Below are positions 48,762-61,800 of a stretch of DNA of 64,000 nt, piece after piece. Positions within the stretch are counted from its first letter, which is position 1, and every line of letters begins with the position of its first letter. A program made the translations under genes and the position numbers. Under the pieces are notes generated by a model. It was not told where the DNA came from and ran no database searches. It worked only from the letters and a program-made list of their open reading frames with translations. Source of the stretch: Eukaryota sp. TZLM1-RC (taxonomy: Eukaryota > Protista > Metamonada: BaSk clade); the NCBI GenBank assembly GCA_040285825.1, contig JAUPSS010000001.1:744001-808000 (forward strand), read 5' to 3'.

Positions 48762-51700
48762 CTATTTAACTGGTGGTGTGGTTAATTCAATCAAAGTATC
48801 TGGATCTCTATATATCTGAATGATTTCCTTGTAAATTGATTCTTCAAGGACCAAATCTGAGATACTCCTGGCCAGGAACAAATCCTCACAGATTTCAAGC
48901 AATTTATCCACATTTGGGAGAGCCGAAACAAAAATTTGGGATTTGCTGTCCGAAAATGAAAGTCGAACAAACCTACCAACACCAATCACAATTGATAGAT
49001 ACAATCCAATCAAACCCCCGCTGGCATAAGCACCAAGTGCAGCGGTCGATTCTAAACTATAAGTATACATATAGAATGGTTCTCTTGAATCAGCATCCTT
49101 GATCAACCAATAAGTCTGTCCGTCACGTTCTCTGCGCTGAATGAGAGTATCCTCACGTTGATCAGAAAAGATTGGTGATTCGGCCAGAGGAATTAATGCA
49201 GCTCTTGGAAGTAAAGGTATTGTTACTTCTTCTAAATCACCAGAAAATAACTTGGCCAACTCTAAACAATGTTCATGATCTAAATTGAACGAGTACCATC
49301 CCTTTGCTGTCCTCCTATCGCTTGGATAGTGTCTGTTAAACGACAAAGTAACAGACACTATTCCCCTTCCATCCTCCAAAGCTTCTACTAGCCCGTTCAT
49401 GGCAGGAGGAGCAATGGTCCACACAGAATCAGATGAAGTGAAAAAGGTAATCTTTCTTACATCTGCACGGTTAGAATCGCGGAGCAAGGAGTGATGGCTA
49501 ACAATTGCATTGTATTGTGTAGCCGGGATAACATCGACTTTGTGCACTTCATGCTGAGAGAAAATGGGGAAGTAGTTATTGAAACTTACATCAATACTGG
49601 CCTGTTGGATAGGGTTTGGTTTGGAGACTGGGTTAGCAGAACTAAATAAAATTAAGGGCAAACATAATAAAAGCGTAAGACCGAAAAACAAAAGAAATCC
49701 TTGCGAAAATTTGTCAAATTTTGGTTGTGGGTCGCCAAAATTTCGACCCCTTTTCGCTGTAGATAACCTTCTGCATTTGATTAAGAATAACGATGAATAA
49801 ATATCTTCTATTCGCATCCAGTAATTAAATTCCAAAGCAGTAGTAGTCAAAGACCAATCCAACAAACATTTCATTTCATAAAGAAAAGGAATGACTCTAA
49901 AGGCTTGGTATCCATAATTATTAAAAGAACCGTAAGACTTCATCAAAAAGGCTTTGGAGGAAGGTGGCGGAAAACCAAAACGAAGTTGTAGAGAGCTCAA
50001 CACGGCAGCCACAAACCGCAGAAAGGCCGCGACTAGGAGAAAAGGTGCATTAATTGGTAATTCGTGATTACTACGGGGGAAAATTAAACAAAAAACAATT
50101 AACACAGTGAAATTTGAAATAAAATGAACCAGAGCTTTGAGTCTTGCGAATCTCAAATAGAAAAGAGTTCTATCAATAATGATTAACAGAAACTGAACAA
50201 TCAACCAAATTGCAAGGAAACCAGGTAAATAACTGAGCTGGACTGATTGGATTACCGACTGGGAAGCTGTTGAGCTACTAAAAAAAGGCAAATGGAAGCG
50301 CAATTAACTGAAGTATATCAATAAAAAAACATAAATGGGTAGAGGTCTACTCCAATAGCGTCGAAACGCTTCTCCATTAGAGTCTTGAAGAAGACCACGA
50401 CCCTACCCCAAACTTGACGAACCCCAACTCTCTCCTCTACATCAATTCCCCACCTGCCCATTCTAAACGAGATAGAACGATGAAGAACGATACCCAATGC
50501 AGCAATCAGCAAGGGAGGGTAGGAGAAGAGGAAGCTGCCTATAGGAGCAATACCAACAAGGTAAATGAGTTGCGAACTTAGGGCTGAGGGGTGACTGGAT
50601 GGATCGATAAGCTCCCTTGGAACAGGACACTTGGTGGGATCTAGACATGACTTACCAAGGGAAATGGTAATTGAATCTGATGGCGAAACGCAAAAACAAA
50701 AGAAAGGAAAGGTGAAAATGTAATGGATTAATAATAAAGATAGATAAATTCCCAAAATAAACTGCCAAAACCTAGCTTTGCCTCCATATTTGGACATTAA
50801 ACCAAAAGTGATCGTGGTGAAAGCAATCATCACGGTGGGAATTGAAGGAAACCACAAGGCAGCGAGATAGCACAGCAAGCAAGACAATACAGAAGAGTAT
50901 CTATAAATATTGTGCTTTAACCAACGTAATGGTGACGATTGATGACGTGGTGGTAGGTCAGAAATGTTGATATTGAAGAAGTTCAAAATGATTGACTGAA
51001 GTTTGGTTGCCATTCGAAGTAAAAATGATGGTTGAGGCTCAGACGTGTCATCTTGATCTGGTGTGACCTCTTCATCAAGTTTCTGATCAGTAGATACGTC
51101 AACGTCACTTGACTTCTCTTGACCTGACAGGTCATCATGATCCTTTTTGATCTTTTCTGCACTACTTGACAAGTCACTTAAAACGTCCTGATGTGCTTTG
51201 ATCTCTTCTTCAAATATTTGACGAGCTGATGTATCTCTTTTACCAAGTCTTTTGGACTTTAACATTTCCAATCTGCTTTCAGTAGCTTCCTTCTCTGTTA
51301 ACTGTTGCTTTAAAATTCTTTCCCGCCTAAGCTTACTTAACTTTTCATCATCCAAGACTCGTTGGATGGCCAAATCTCTGCTGGTTTTAACTGAAGAAAG
51401 ATATCTTTTAAAGGAAGCAGAGTAAACCAATACATCCAAAGAAGAAGAGATGCCGTGGACAATGAAATCCAAAAGTGAAGCTGATAATTTGAGCGCCGAG
51501 TAGTAAGAATGATATTGATCTAGACCTAGAATAGAAGAGATCGAGAAGAGATCAGAAGATTCACTGAAAAAGCTCAACTGAAATATTGATTGTGAAATCA
51601 AAACAGAGCAGTTTAAAACATACAAACAAAACGTGAAAGTTTTTGCCCTTTTCAGCTCAGTAAAAACAGAGTCCGAATACACCAACCAAAGTGCTACAAT

Positions 51701-54469
51701 TACGTAAAGCAAAGCAGGAACAGATGCACGTTGAACACCGATAAAGAACAATAAAATAATTAGACAAGGTCTTAAAAGCGGTAACAAAAACTTTTCAATT
51801 TTAAAAGCGATGGGAGAAACTTCATCTTCAGTTTCGGGGCAATATAAACTCAAGTCAAGGGGATTGGACATGGATCTATAGAGGCAAAATATGGCTAAAA
51901 TGGGGAAAATGAAGTGAAAAAGGAAAGAGTTGGATGTGCAAGACACTCCGAAAAATTCGTAAAATTTTGGCCATGACGAATGGAGATCAGGATAGAGATC
52001 ACATAAAGAAGACAACAAAATTTTGGAAACAACCCCAAACACTAACCCCAACAGAACCAACCAAACAAGTTTTTTCCGATGTCTCCAATGATGAGAACTA
52101 AGAAAGCCTAAACAGGAAGCTCCTAGAATAATAGAAAAAGGATCTCTTATAGATAGAATAGATACCCAAGCAAACACTACTGCCACTGTATGCATGAAAG
52201 CTGGGCCAAGTAGTTGGAATTGAGATGTAAATAAAGCAATCACAGGCGACGTGATTGATGGGGAAGGTGATTTGATGAAGGAGGTAGAAATGATTAATTG
52301 AATAACCAAAGGTAATAAAATTAAAGCATGCTCTAGACAAAAAAACAGAGTCACAATGGTTGAGTGAGGGTAATGCAAATATTTTAAATATGGGACTTTT
52401 AATAAAATCTTGAGGCAATGCTATTGATAAATAAGTAATTGTTAATCGAGTTATTGTTAAAATTGAGGTTATTAGATAAAGCAGCTTCCTACTAGTTCCG
52501 TTTGTGTGTTTGATTAGAGTTAAATCAAAAATACAAATTATTAACGGTATTAGATTTAAAATATATGGTTGGAATGTTGAAATTACTAGAATGAAAACGA
52601 CTAAATTTTTGATAATTGAAGGTCTTGAAAGGGAAATGAAGCGCTGATTAAAGTCAATTCCCTTAAGAAAAACAAAAGATAATACTGGAAAAATAAGAAA
52701 AACAAATCGATCAAATAAAAGGTCAAAATGATAACGTGATATCACGTCTACATAATGAGCTGGGAGAAGTGTGGATAAATAATCCATTACTGGGGTGTAT
52801 TGGATTATAAATAAACTAGCAATGACCAAAACCAAACTAGAAAATCCTATAAAGTCAATTAAAGAATTTCGAATTCCAACAATTGGGAGTAAAACAATAA
52901 CCACAAAGATTGCTAATATAACAATTTCCAATAAACAAACTCTAAATAACAAGTATATGCTAATAAAGCAAACTCCAATTACTGATTTGAATTTTTAAGA
53001 ATAAAGGAGATTGAAAAGACAAAGAGGTTCTACTTTCACCATCTATTCTTCTTAGTAAATAATTTAAATGAGATAAAGAAGAAATTAAAATAAAGATAAT
53101 AACTGAATAATAATAAGATTGGGTCTTACAAAGGCCCAACACAATTGCGAATTGAGAATCACAGATTGAGGAAATAAAGGAAGAGAAAGTGGAATAAAAT
53201 AGTAAAACAAAACCAAAAGAAATAAATAACACCAAATTTGTAATTTTTTATTTGATGATAAAGGATGAAGAATATAATGAACTGATAATAAGAATAGTAA
53301 AATAAATGGAACTGTAGGTAAATTTAAGGTGATTAATAAAGATGCAGTAAAAACAATAATAGAGTGGTCAATTGTGTAAATAATTCTCAAAAATTTCAAA
53401 AAGTACCTATGCTGACGTGGCGAAAACGTCACCAATAGACCAAAAGGGTTCAAAAATAGAAAGAAAGCTGCTGAAAGTAACGTCACAGCTCTTGGTTGTT
53501 TAGAAAAGAAATAAATGTTAAATTAATTGAAATAATAGAAAATAATAAAACTCTATAACCTCGTTTAAAACCACAAGTTCTTAATTTAAAAATAATCAGA
53601 ATCATTCCATATATCAGCAACGGAATCAGCCAAGGTGAAAGGTAAAAGAAGGTAGCAATTAATACTAATCCACATGAGAAAAAAGAAATTACAGATGCTA
53701 CACTAATAGAAGCAGTTGTGTCAGGAACAAAAGAAAGAGAGATTAGACTAGGTTCAACACTATCTGCTTGGGGAATACGGTGATGTGGAGAGAAAAAGTA
53801 AGGGGATGAGTGAAGATAAATGGAGAGAATTAGGGTAAGAATGTGTAGTGTGGAGAAGAAAGACACAGGAAGTGGAAGAAGAGTAGATGGATCATGAAAG
53901 TAAGGAAGGGAGAGAGTAGAGGAGAGAAGAATGTAGTAGAGGTGGGAAAATGAACAAATGGAGAAGATCTTATGGTAGAGGTTGTGGGAGAGGAGAGGAG
54001 AAGTTGGAGATGATAAAACAAGCGATATGAGGGTGAAGAAGACGAAGTAGGTGGGTGTGGGGACGAAAGAGAAGGAAAGTAGGATGAGAATGGTTTTGAG
54101 ATAAACATTGGACAGGAGAGGGACATGTGAGGAGAGCGTGGATGAAGAAGGTTGCAGTCGAAGATAGATGAATAACACGAAAACAAGTGAACCATAGTAC
54201 GCAAATGGTGGTATACATAGTGAATCAGAACAAGTACCTATATATAAAGACTGAAGAAGGGGGAGGTCAAATGGAATGGTTACTGCAGAAGCGACTAAAC
54301 CAAAAAAGGATAATGCAAAAGAGAGCAGCGGGGGCCATTTCTGATTCGGAAGCTTAATAGCAAGAAAAAGCGAAGGAACAAAAGCAAATAAGAAATAAGA
54401 TTGTCTAGATAAAAGACAAACGAACAAGGTAGTAGGTAGTAGAAGTGACGAAAGTACGGGCTTAACCAT
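48762..54469 (-). CDS. PIEZO: Piezo mechanosensitive ion channel (about 1900 aa; about 5 frameshifts, mostly at homopolymers)
   Basis: PFLYEMKCLLDWSLTTTALEFNYWMRIEDIY (PFEW motif), GLIGLYLSIVIGVGRFVR inner helix, LPNVDKLLEICEDLFLAR..LEESIY..IYRDP C-terminal domain; many TM segments upstream. Confidence 0.92.
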
Positions 54470-54574
54470 GGTTCCAGGGTGTAGTTGAGATATGATCTTT
54501 CGTCAACACCTGAACCTGAACAAAAAGTGAAAATCGAAGATTGAATATATGTATTTATTGAATTTGCACACATT

Positions 54575-55898
54575 AAAAGTTTAATGAGTTACGTGCAAAA
54601 GTTGTGTCTCAATTACTGGGATGTAAAATGTTTCAAATTCCAGATCATGCTTACCTTAGTCCACAATATGGTGGTTTAGGGTGGACGAAGGCTTCTATTC
54701 TTACCTCGTGTGCTTTTGTTGGTGGATGCAGAAATGCAATCTTTGAGTTCTCCGAAAGATTTGCAGATTGGGAAGATTTATTGATGACAACGCAAAGTTC
54801 CACTGTTTTTGCATTAAATGAAGAAATTTCAAGAATTGATGTAGAAAAATGGGGTCGATGTTTTCCCCAATCATTCAATGGCAATATTCCAGAAAAAAAT
54901 GTTTTAAATTTGAAGTACACTCTTCGAACATTACAGAAAAGATTGACTGGAATGTATGAAAAAGATCTTTATAATAATATTTGCAGCTCGGCTGTTTTTA
55001 AATCAAGATCTTCACTCATTGTTATTGGAAAAGGGTGTTTGTGAAAACAAGGTGTCAGATTCTTCACTTTTTTGTAACCATTGTACCACGAAGATTTGGA
55101 TTGTGTGCTACTAATGAAGCATTTGTAACAAAAATGAGATTATATTTGAACATCCCCATTAACCAATTATTATCAAAAGAAAAATGTATTTGTTCGAATT
55201 CACCTCAACTCACTTTGCGCCATGCTCTAAATTGCTCTAAATTGATAACTTATCGTTCTTCATTACATGATGCTGTTAGAGACACTGTTTTCAATATGGC
55301 ACAAACTGCAAGGATATCGTGTATCAAAGAGCCTCTGCTGAAAGAAACACTTTCTCTGAATAATTTTGGTTCTGATGATAGAGGTGATGTATACTGTGAT
55401 TGGATTGATAATTCTGAAGCTATTGTTGACTTTGTCTCATGTAATGTTGCAAACGATACTTTGGTTCACAGAAGAAAAACTTAATCCTGTGGCTGCTCTG
55501 GATTTTAAAGCAAAAGAAAAACATAGAAAATATGATAAAGAAATTGAAAATGCAAATATCGATAGAAATACACAGCTGGTTTTTATTGCTTTTTCCATTT
55601 TTCGATAAATGGAAGATTATCAGTTGAAGCAGAAACTTTTTTTGGATGACTTCCAAAAAAATGGTGAAAAGAAAAAAACAATGAAAAGATTTGATATTTT
55701 TTTATGGCGTTCACGGATTCAATTTGCCATTATTAATAGATTACCGCGGTTTTTTTCAATCGAATTAGAGAAGCTTTAGCTAGACAGCAAAGCAAATCAA
55801 GATTTTTGTAGAGGAAATCTTGGTTTTAATGATAGTCGTCCCATTAGTTATGATTTAATTTAATCAAGTGTGCAAAATTCAATAAAAATATATATATA
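54575..55898 (+). mobile_element. 5'-truncated CRE-like retrotransposon, family C
   Basis: GGLGWT, CICSN..HALNC, R..LHDAVRD, EP..RGDVY..VD RLE motifs; AATAAA and (TA)n tail. Confidence 0.85.
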
Positions 55899-58800
55899 TT
55901 TTTATCACCATTATCTTTTTTCATTTTTTTCTTAATTTCTTCTTTTAATTCACTATTCAACAGACCCAACTCATCTAATGCACTTGATAATTAATTATTT
56001 TTACTGTTAATTAAGGTGATTTCATCTTTTTAACTCAGTAATGATTGAGTTTAACTGTTCCTTTTTCCAGAATTAATTCCTTTTCACTCTCCGAGTTACT
56101 ACTAATTTTTTGCTTTTAATTTGATCCAATTCAAGTTCTCTTTCGGATATAACACTACCTAATTTTTTTCTTTTTTTCTAGCACAACCAAGTTATAATTT
56201 GTTTCTAATCTAACCAACGAGTCAGTTTTGAGCTGACAAGTTTTCTGACATTCTGAATATTTCGAAGTGATCTCTTCTAACTGAGACTTAAAATTTTCAC
56301 ACTGTTCCTCAGTCAAAGGTTAAATTTGACCGAAGCTCTTGAATTTGATCGGAAATGTCTTGATTTTGAGCTTCCAAGTCTTGTTTTTTTCTTCACTAAC
56401 TTTGTTGAAATTTCGTTGTAATTTTTTTCATAAAGTTTTTGATAATTCCTGATTTTTTTGACCGTCATGTCATTTAATTGATTGGTAACGTCAGCAATTT
56501 TGACCTTATCAGATTCTACTTTGGCTTTCAAATGATTAATCTCTTCCTTTAAAAAAATCCAACTTGTCGTTGATTGAGCTCCTTTGATTCAAGCGCAAAG
56601 TTTTTAAAATTTTGTTCCAAAATTTCGTAATCTGACTTGACTCTGCAAGACTTTGGGTTAATTCTTCACATTTCTGTTCGAATTCAGCAGACTTCCGTTG
56701 AAAACCTTTCAACTTGTCAATTTGAGACAAACATAGAAAATATGATAAACTTATTGAAGAGGCTAATGTCGATAGAAATACACAGCTGGTTTTTATTGCT
56801 TTCCCATTTTCGATAAATGGAAGATGATCAGTTGAAGCAGAAACTTTTTTGGATGACTTCCAAAAAATGGTGCAAGAAAGAACAATGAAAGATTTGATAT
56901 TTTTTTATGGCGATCACGAGATTCAATTTGCCATTATTAAAAGATTACCTCGGTTTTTCAATCGAATTAGAGGAGCTTTAGCTAGACAGCAAGCAAATCA
57001 AGATTTTGTAGAGGAAATCTTGGTTTAATGATAGTCGTCCCATTAGTTATGATTTAATTTAATCAAGTGTGCAAATTCAATAAATATATATATATTTTAT
57101 CACCATTATCTTTTTCATTTTTCTTAATTTCTTCTTTTAATTCACTATTCAACAGACCCAACTCATCTAATGCACTTGATAATTCATTATTTTTACTGTT
57201 AATTAAGGTGATTTCATCTTTTAACTCAGTAATGATTGAGTTTAACTGTTCCTTTTCCAGAATTAATTCCTTTTCACTCTCCGAGTTACTACTAATTTTT
57301 GCTTTAATTTGATCCAATTCAAGTTCTCTTTCGGATATAACACTACCTAATTTTTCTTTTTCTAGCACAACCAAGTAATAATTTGTTTCTAATCTAACCA
57401 ACGAGTCAGTTTTGAGCTGACAAGTTTTCTGACATTCTGAATATTTCGAAGTGATCTCTTCTAACTGAGACTTAAAATTTTAACACTGTTTCTCAGTCAA
57501 GGTTAAATTTGACCGAAGCTCTTGAATTTGATCGGAAATGTCTTGATTTTTGAGCTTCCAAGTCTTGTTTTTTTCTTCACTAACTTTGTTGAAATTTCGT
57601 TGTAATTTTTTTCATAAAGTTTTGATAATTCCTGATTTTTTGACCGTCATGTCATTTTAATTGATTGGTAACGTCAGCAATTTTGACCTTATCAGATTCT
57701 ACTTTGGCTTTCAAATGATTAATCTCTTCCTTTAAAAAAATCCAACTTGTCGTTGATTGAGCTCCTTTGATTCAAGCGCAAAGTTTTTTTAAAATTTTGT
57801 TCCAAAAATTTCGTAATCTGACTTTGACTCTGCAAGACTTTGGGTTAATTCTTCACATTTCTGTTCGAATTCAGCAGACTTCCGTTGAAAACCTTTCAAC
57901 TTGTCAATTTGAGACAAACATAGAAAATATGATAAACTTATTGAAGAGGCTAATGTCGATAGAAATACACAGCTGGTTTTTATTGCTTTCCCATTTTTCG
58001 ATAAATGGAAGATGATCAGTTGAAGCAGAAACTTTTTTTGGATGACTTCCAAAAAAATGGTGCAAGAAAAGACAATGAAAGATTTGATATTTTTTTATGG
58101 CGATCACGAGATTCAATTTGCCATTATTAAAAGATTACCTCGGTTTTTTTCAATCGAATTAGAGGAGCTTTTAGCTAGACAGCAAGCAGATCAGGATTTT
58201 TGTAGAGAAATCTTGGTTCAATGATAGTCGTCCCATTAGTAATGAATTAATTAAATTAAGTGTGCAAATTCAATAAATATATATATATTTTATCACCATT
58301 ATCTTTTTTTCATTTTTTTCTTAATTTCTTCTTTTTAATTCACTATTCAACAGACCCAACTCATCTAATGCACTTGATAATTCATTATTTTTTACTGTTA
58401 ATTAAGGTGATTTCATCTTTTTAACTCAGTAATGATTGAGTTTAACTGTTCCTTTTCCAGAATTAATTCCTTTTCACTCTCCGAGTTACTACTAATTTTT
58501 TTGCTTTAATTTGATCCAATTCAAGTTCTCTTTCGGATATAACACTACCTAATTTTTTTCTTTTTTTCTAGCACAACCAAGTTATAATTTGTTTCTAATC
58601 TAACCAACGAGTCAGTTTTTGAGCTGACAAGTTTTTCTGACATTCTGAATATTTCGAAGTGATCTCTTCTAACTGAGACTTAAAATTTTCACACTGTTCC
58701 TCAGTCAAGGTTAAATTTGACCGAAGCTCTTGAATTTGATCGGAAATGTCTTGATTTTTGAGCTTCCAAGTCTTGTTTTTCTTCACTAACTTTGTTGAAA

Positions 58801-61800
58801 TTTCGTTGTAATTTTTTTCATAAAGTTTTGATAATTCCTGATTTTTTTGACCGTCATGTCATTTAATTGATTGGTAACGTCAGCAATTTTGACCTTATCA
58901 GATTCTACTTTGGCTTTCAAATGATTAATCTCTTCCTTTAAAAAAATCCAACTTGTCGTTGATTGAGCTCCTTTGATTCAAGCGCAAAGTTTTTTTAAAA
59001 TTTTTGTTCCAAAAATTTCGTAATCTGACTTGACTCTGCAAGACTTTTGGGTTAATTCTTCACATTTCTGTTCGAATTCAGCAGACTTCCGTTGAAAACC
59101 TTTCAACTTGTCAATTTGAGACAAACATAGAAAAATATGATAAACTTATTGAAGAGGCTAATGTCGATAGAAATACACAGCTGGTTTTTATTGCTTTCCC
59201 ATTTTTCGATAAATGGAAGATGATCAGTTGAAGCAGAAACTTTTTGGATGACTTCCAAAAAAATGGTGCAAGAAAAGAACAATGAAAGATTTGATATTTT
59301 TTTATGGCGATCACGAGATTCAATTTGCCATTATTAAAAAGATTACCTCGGTTTTTTCAATCGAATTAGAGGAGCTTTAGCTAGACAGCAAACAGATCAA
59401 GATTTTTGTAGAGAAATCTTGGTTTCAATGATAGTCGTCCCATTAGTTATGAATTTAATTTAAATTAAGTGTGCAAATTCAATAAATATATATATATTTT
59501 ATCACCATTATCTTTTTCATTTTTTTCTTAATTTCTTCTTTTTAATTCACTATTCAACAGACCCAACTCATCTAATGCACTTGATAATTCATTATTTTTT
59601 TACTGTTAATTAAGGTGATTTCATCTTTTTAACTCAGTAATGATTGAGTTTAACTGTTCCTTTTCAGAATTAATTCCTTTTCACTCTCCGAGTTACTACT
59701 AATTTTTTTGCTTTAATTTGATCCAATTCAAGTTCTCTTTCGGATATAACACTACCTAATTTTTTTCTTTTTCTAGCACAACCAAGTAATAATTTGTTTC
59801 TAATCTAACCAACGAGTCAGTTTTGAGCTGACAAGTTTTTCTGACATTCTGAATATTTCGAAGTGATCTCTTCTAACTGAGACTTAAAAATTTTAACACT
59901 GTTTCTCAGTCAAGGTTAAATTTGACCGAAGCTCTTGAATTTGATCGGAAATGTCTTGATTTTTGAGCTTCCAAGTCTTGTTTTTCTTCACTAACTTTGT
60001 TGAAATTTCGTTTGTAATTTTTTTCATAAAGTTTTGATAATTCCTGATTTTTTTGACCGTCATGTCATTTAATTGATTGGTAACGTCAGCAATTTTGACC
60101 TTATCAGATTCTACTTTGGCTTTCAAATGATTAATCTCTTCCTTTAAAAATCCAACTTGTCGTTGATTGAGCTCCTTTGATTCAAGCGCAAAGTTTTTTT
60201 AAAAATTTTTGTTCCAAAAATTTCGTAATCTGACTTGACTCTGCAAGACTTTGGGTTAATTCTTCACATTTCTGTTCGAATTCAGCAGACTTCCGTTGAA
60301 AACCTTTCAACTTGTCAATTTGAGACAAACATAGAAAAATATGATAAACTTATTGAAGAGGCTAATGTCGATAGAAATACACAGCTGGTTTTTATTGCTT
60401 TCCCATTTTCGATAAATGGAAGATGATCAGTTGAAGCAGAAACTTTTTTGGATGACTTCCAAAAAATGGTGCAAGAAAAAGACAATGAAAGATTTGATAT
60501 TTTTTTATGGCGATCACGAGATTCAATTTGCCATTATTAAAAGATTACCTCGGTTTTTCAATCGAATTAGAGGAGCTTTAGCTAGACAGCAAGCAGATCA
60601 GGATTTTTGTAGGAAATCTTGGTTTCAATGATAGTCGTCCCATTAGTTATGATTTAATTTAAATCAAGTGTGCAAATTCAATAAATATATATATATTTTA
60701 TCACCATTATCTTTTTCATTTTTCTTAATTTCTTCTTTTAATTCACTATTCAACAGACCCAACTCATCTAATGCACTTGATAATTCATTATTTTTTTACT
60801 GTTAATTAAGGTGATTTCATCTTTTTAACTCAGTAATGATTGAGTTTAACTGTTCCTTTTCCAGAATTAATTCCTTTTCACTCTCCGAGTTACTACTAAT
60901 TTTTGCTTTAATTTGATCCAATTCAAGTTCTCTTTCGGATATAACACTACCTAATTTTTTTCTTTTTTTCTAGCACAACCAAGTTATAATTTGTTTCTAA
61001 TCTAACCAACGAGTCAGTTTTTGAGCTGACAAGTTTTTCTGACATTCTGAATATTTCGAAGTGATCTCTTCTAACTGAGACTTAAAATTTTAACACTGTT
61101 CCTCAGTCAAGGTTAAATTTGACCGAAGCTCTTGAATTTGATCGGAAATGTCTTGATTTTGAGCTTCCAAGTCTTGTTTTTTTCTTCACTAACTTTGTTG
61201 AAATTTCGTTGTAATTTTTTTCATAAAGTTTTGATAATTCCTGATTTTTTTGACCGTCATGTCATTTAATTGATTGGTAACGTCAGCAATTTTGACCTTA
61301 TCAGATTCTACTTTGGCTTTCAAATGATTAATCTCTTCCTTTAAAAATCCAACTTGTCGTTGATTGAGCTCCTTTGATTCAAGCGCAAAGTTTTTAAAAT
61401 TTTGTTCCAAAATTTCGTAATCTGACTTGACTCTGCAAGACTTTGGGTTAATTCTTCACATTTCTGTTCGAATTCAGCAGACTTCCGTTGAAAACCTTTC
61501 AACTTGTCAATTTGAGACAAACATAGAAAATATGATAAACTTATTGAAGAGGCTAATGTCGATAGAAATACACAGCTGGTTTTTATTGCTTTCCCATTTT
61601 CGATAAATGGAAGATGATCAGTTGAAGCAGAAACTTTTTTGGATGACTTCCAAAAAATGGTGCAAGAAAAGACAATGAAAAGATTTGATATTTTTATGGC
61701 GATCACGAGATTCAATTTGCCATTATTAAAAAGATTACCTCGGTTTTTCAATCGAATTAGAGGAGCTTTAGCTAGACAGCAAGCAAATCAAGATTTTGTA

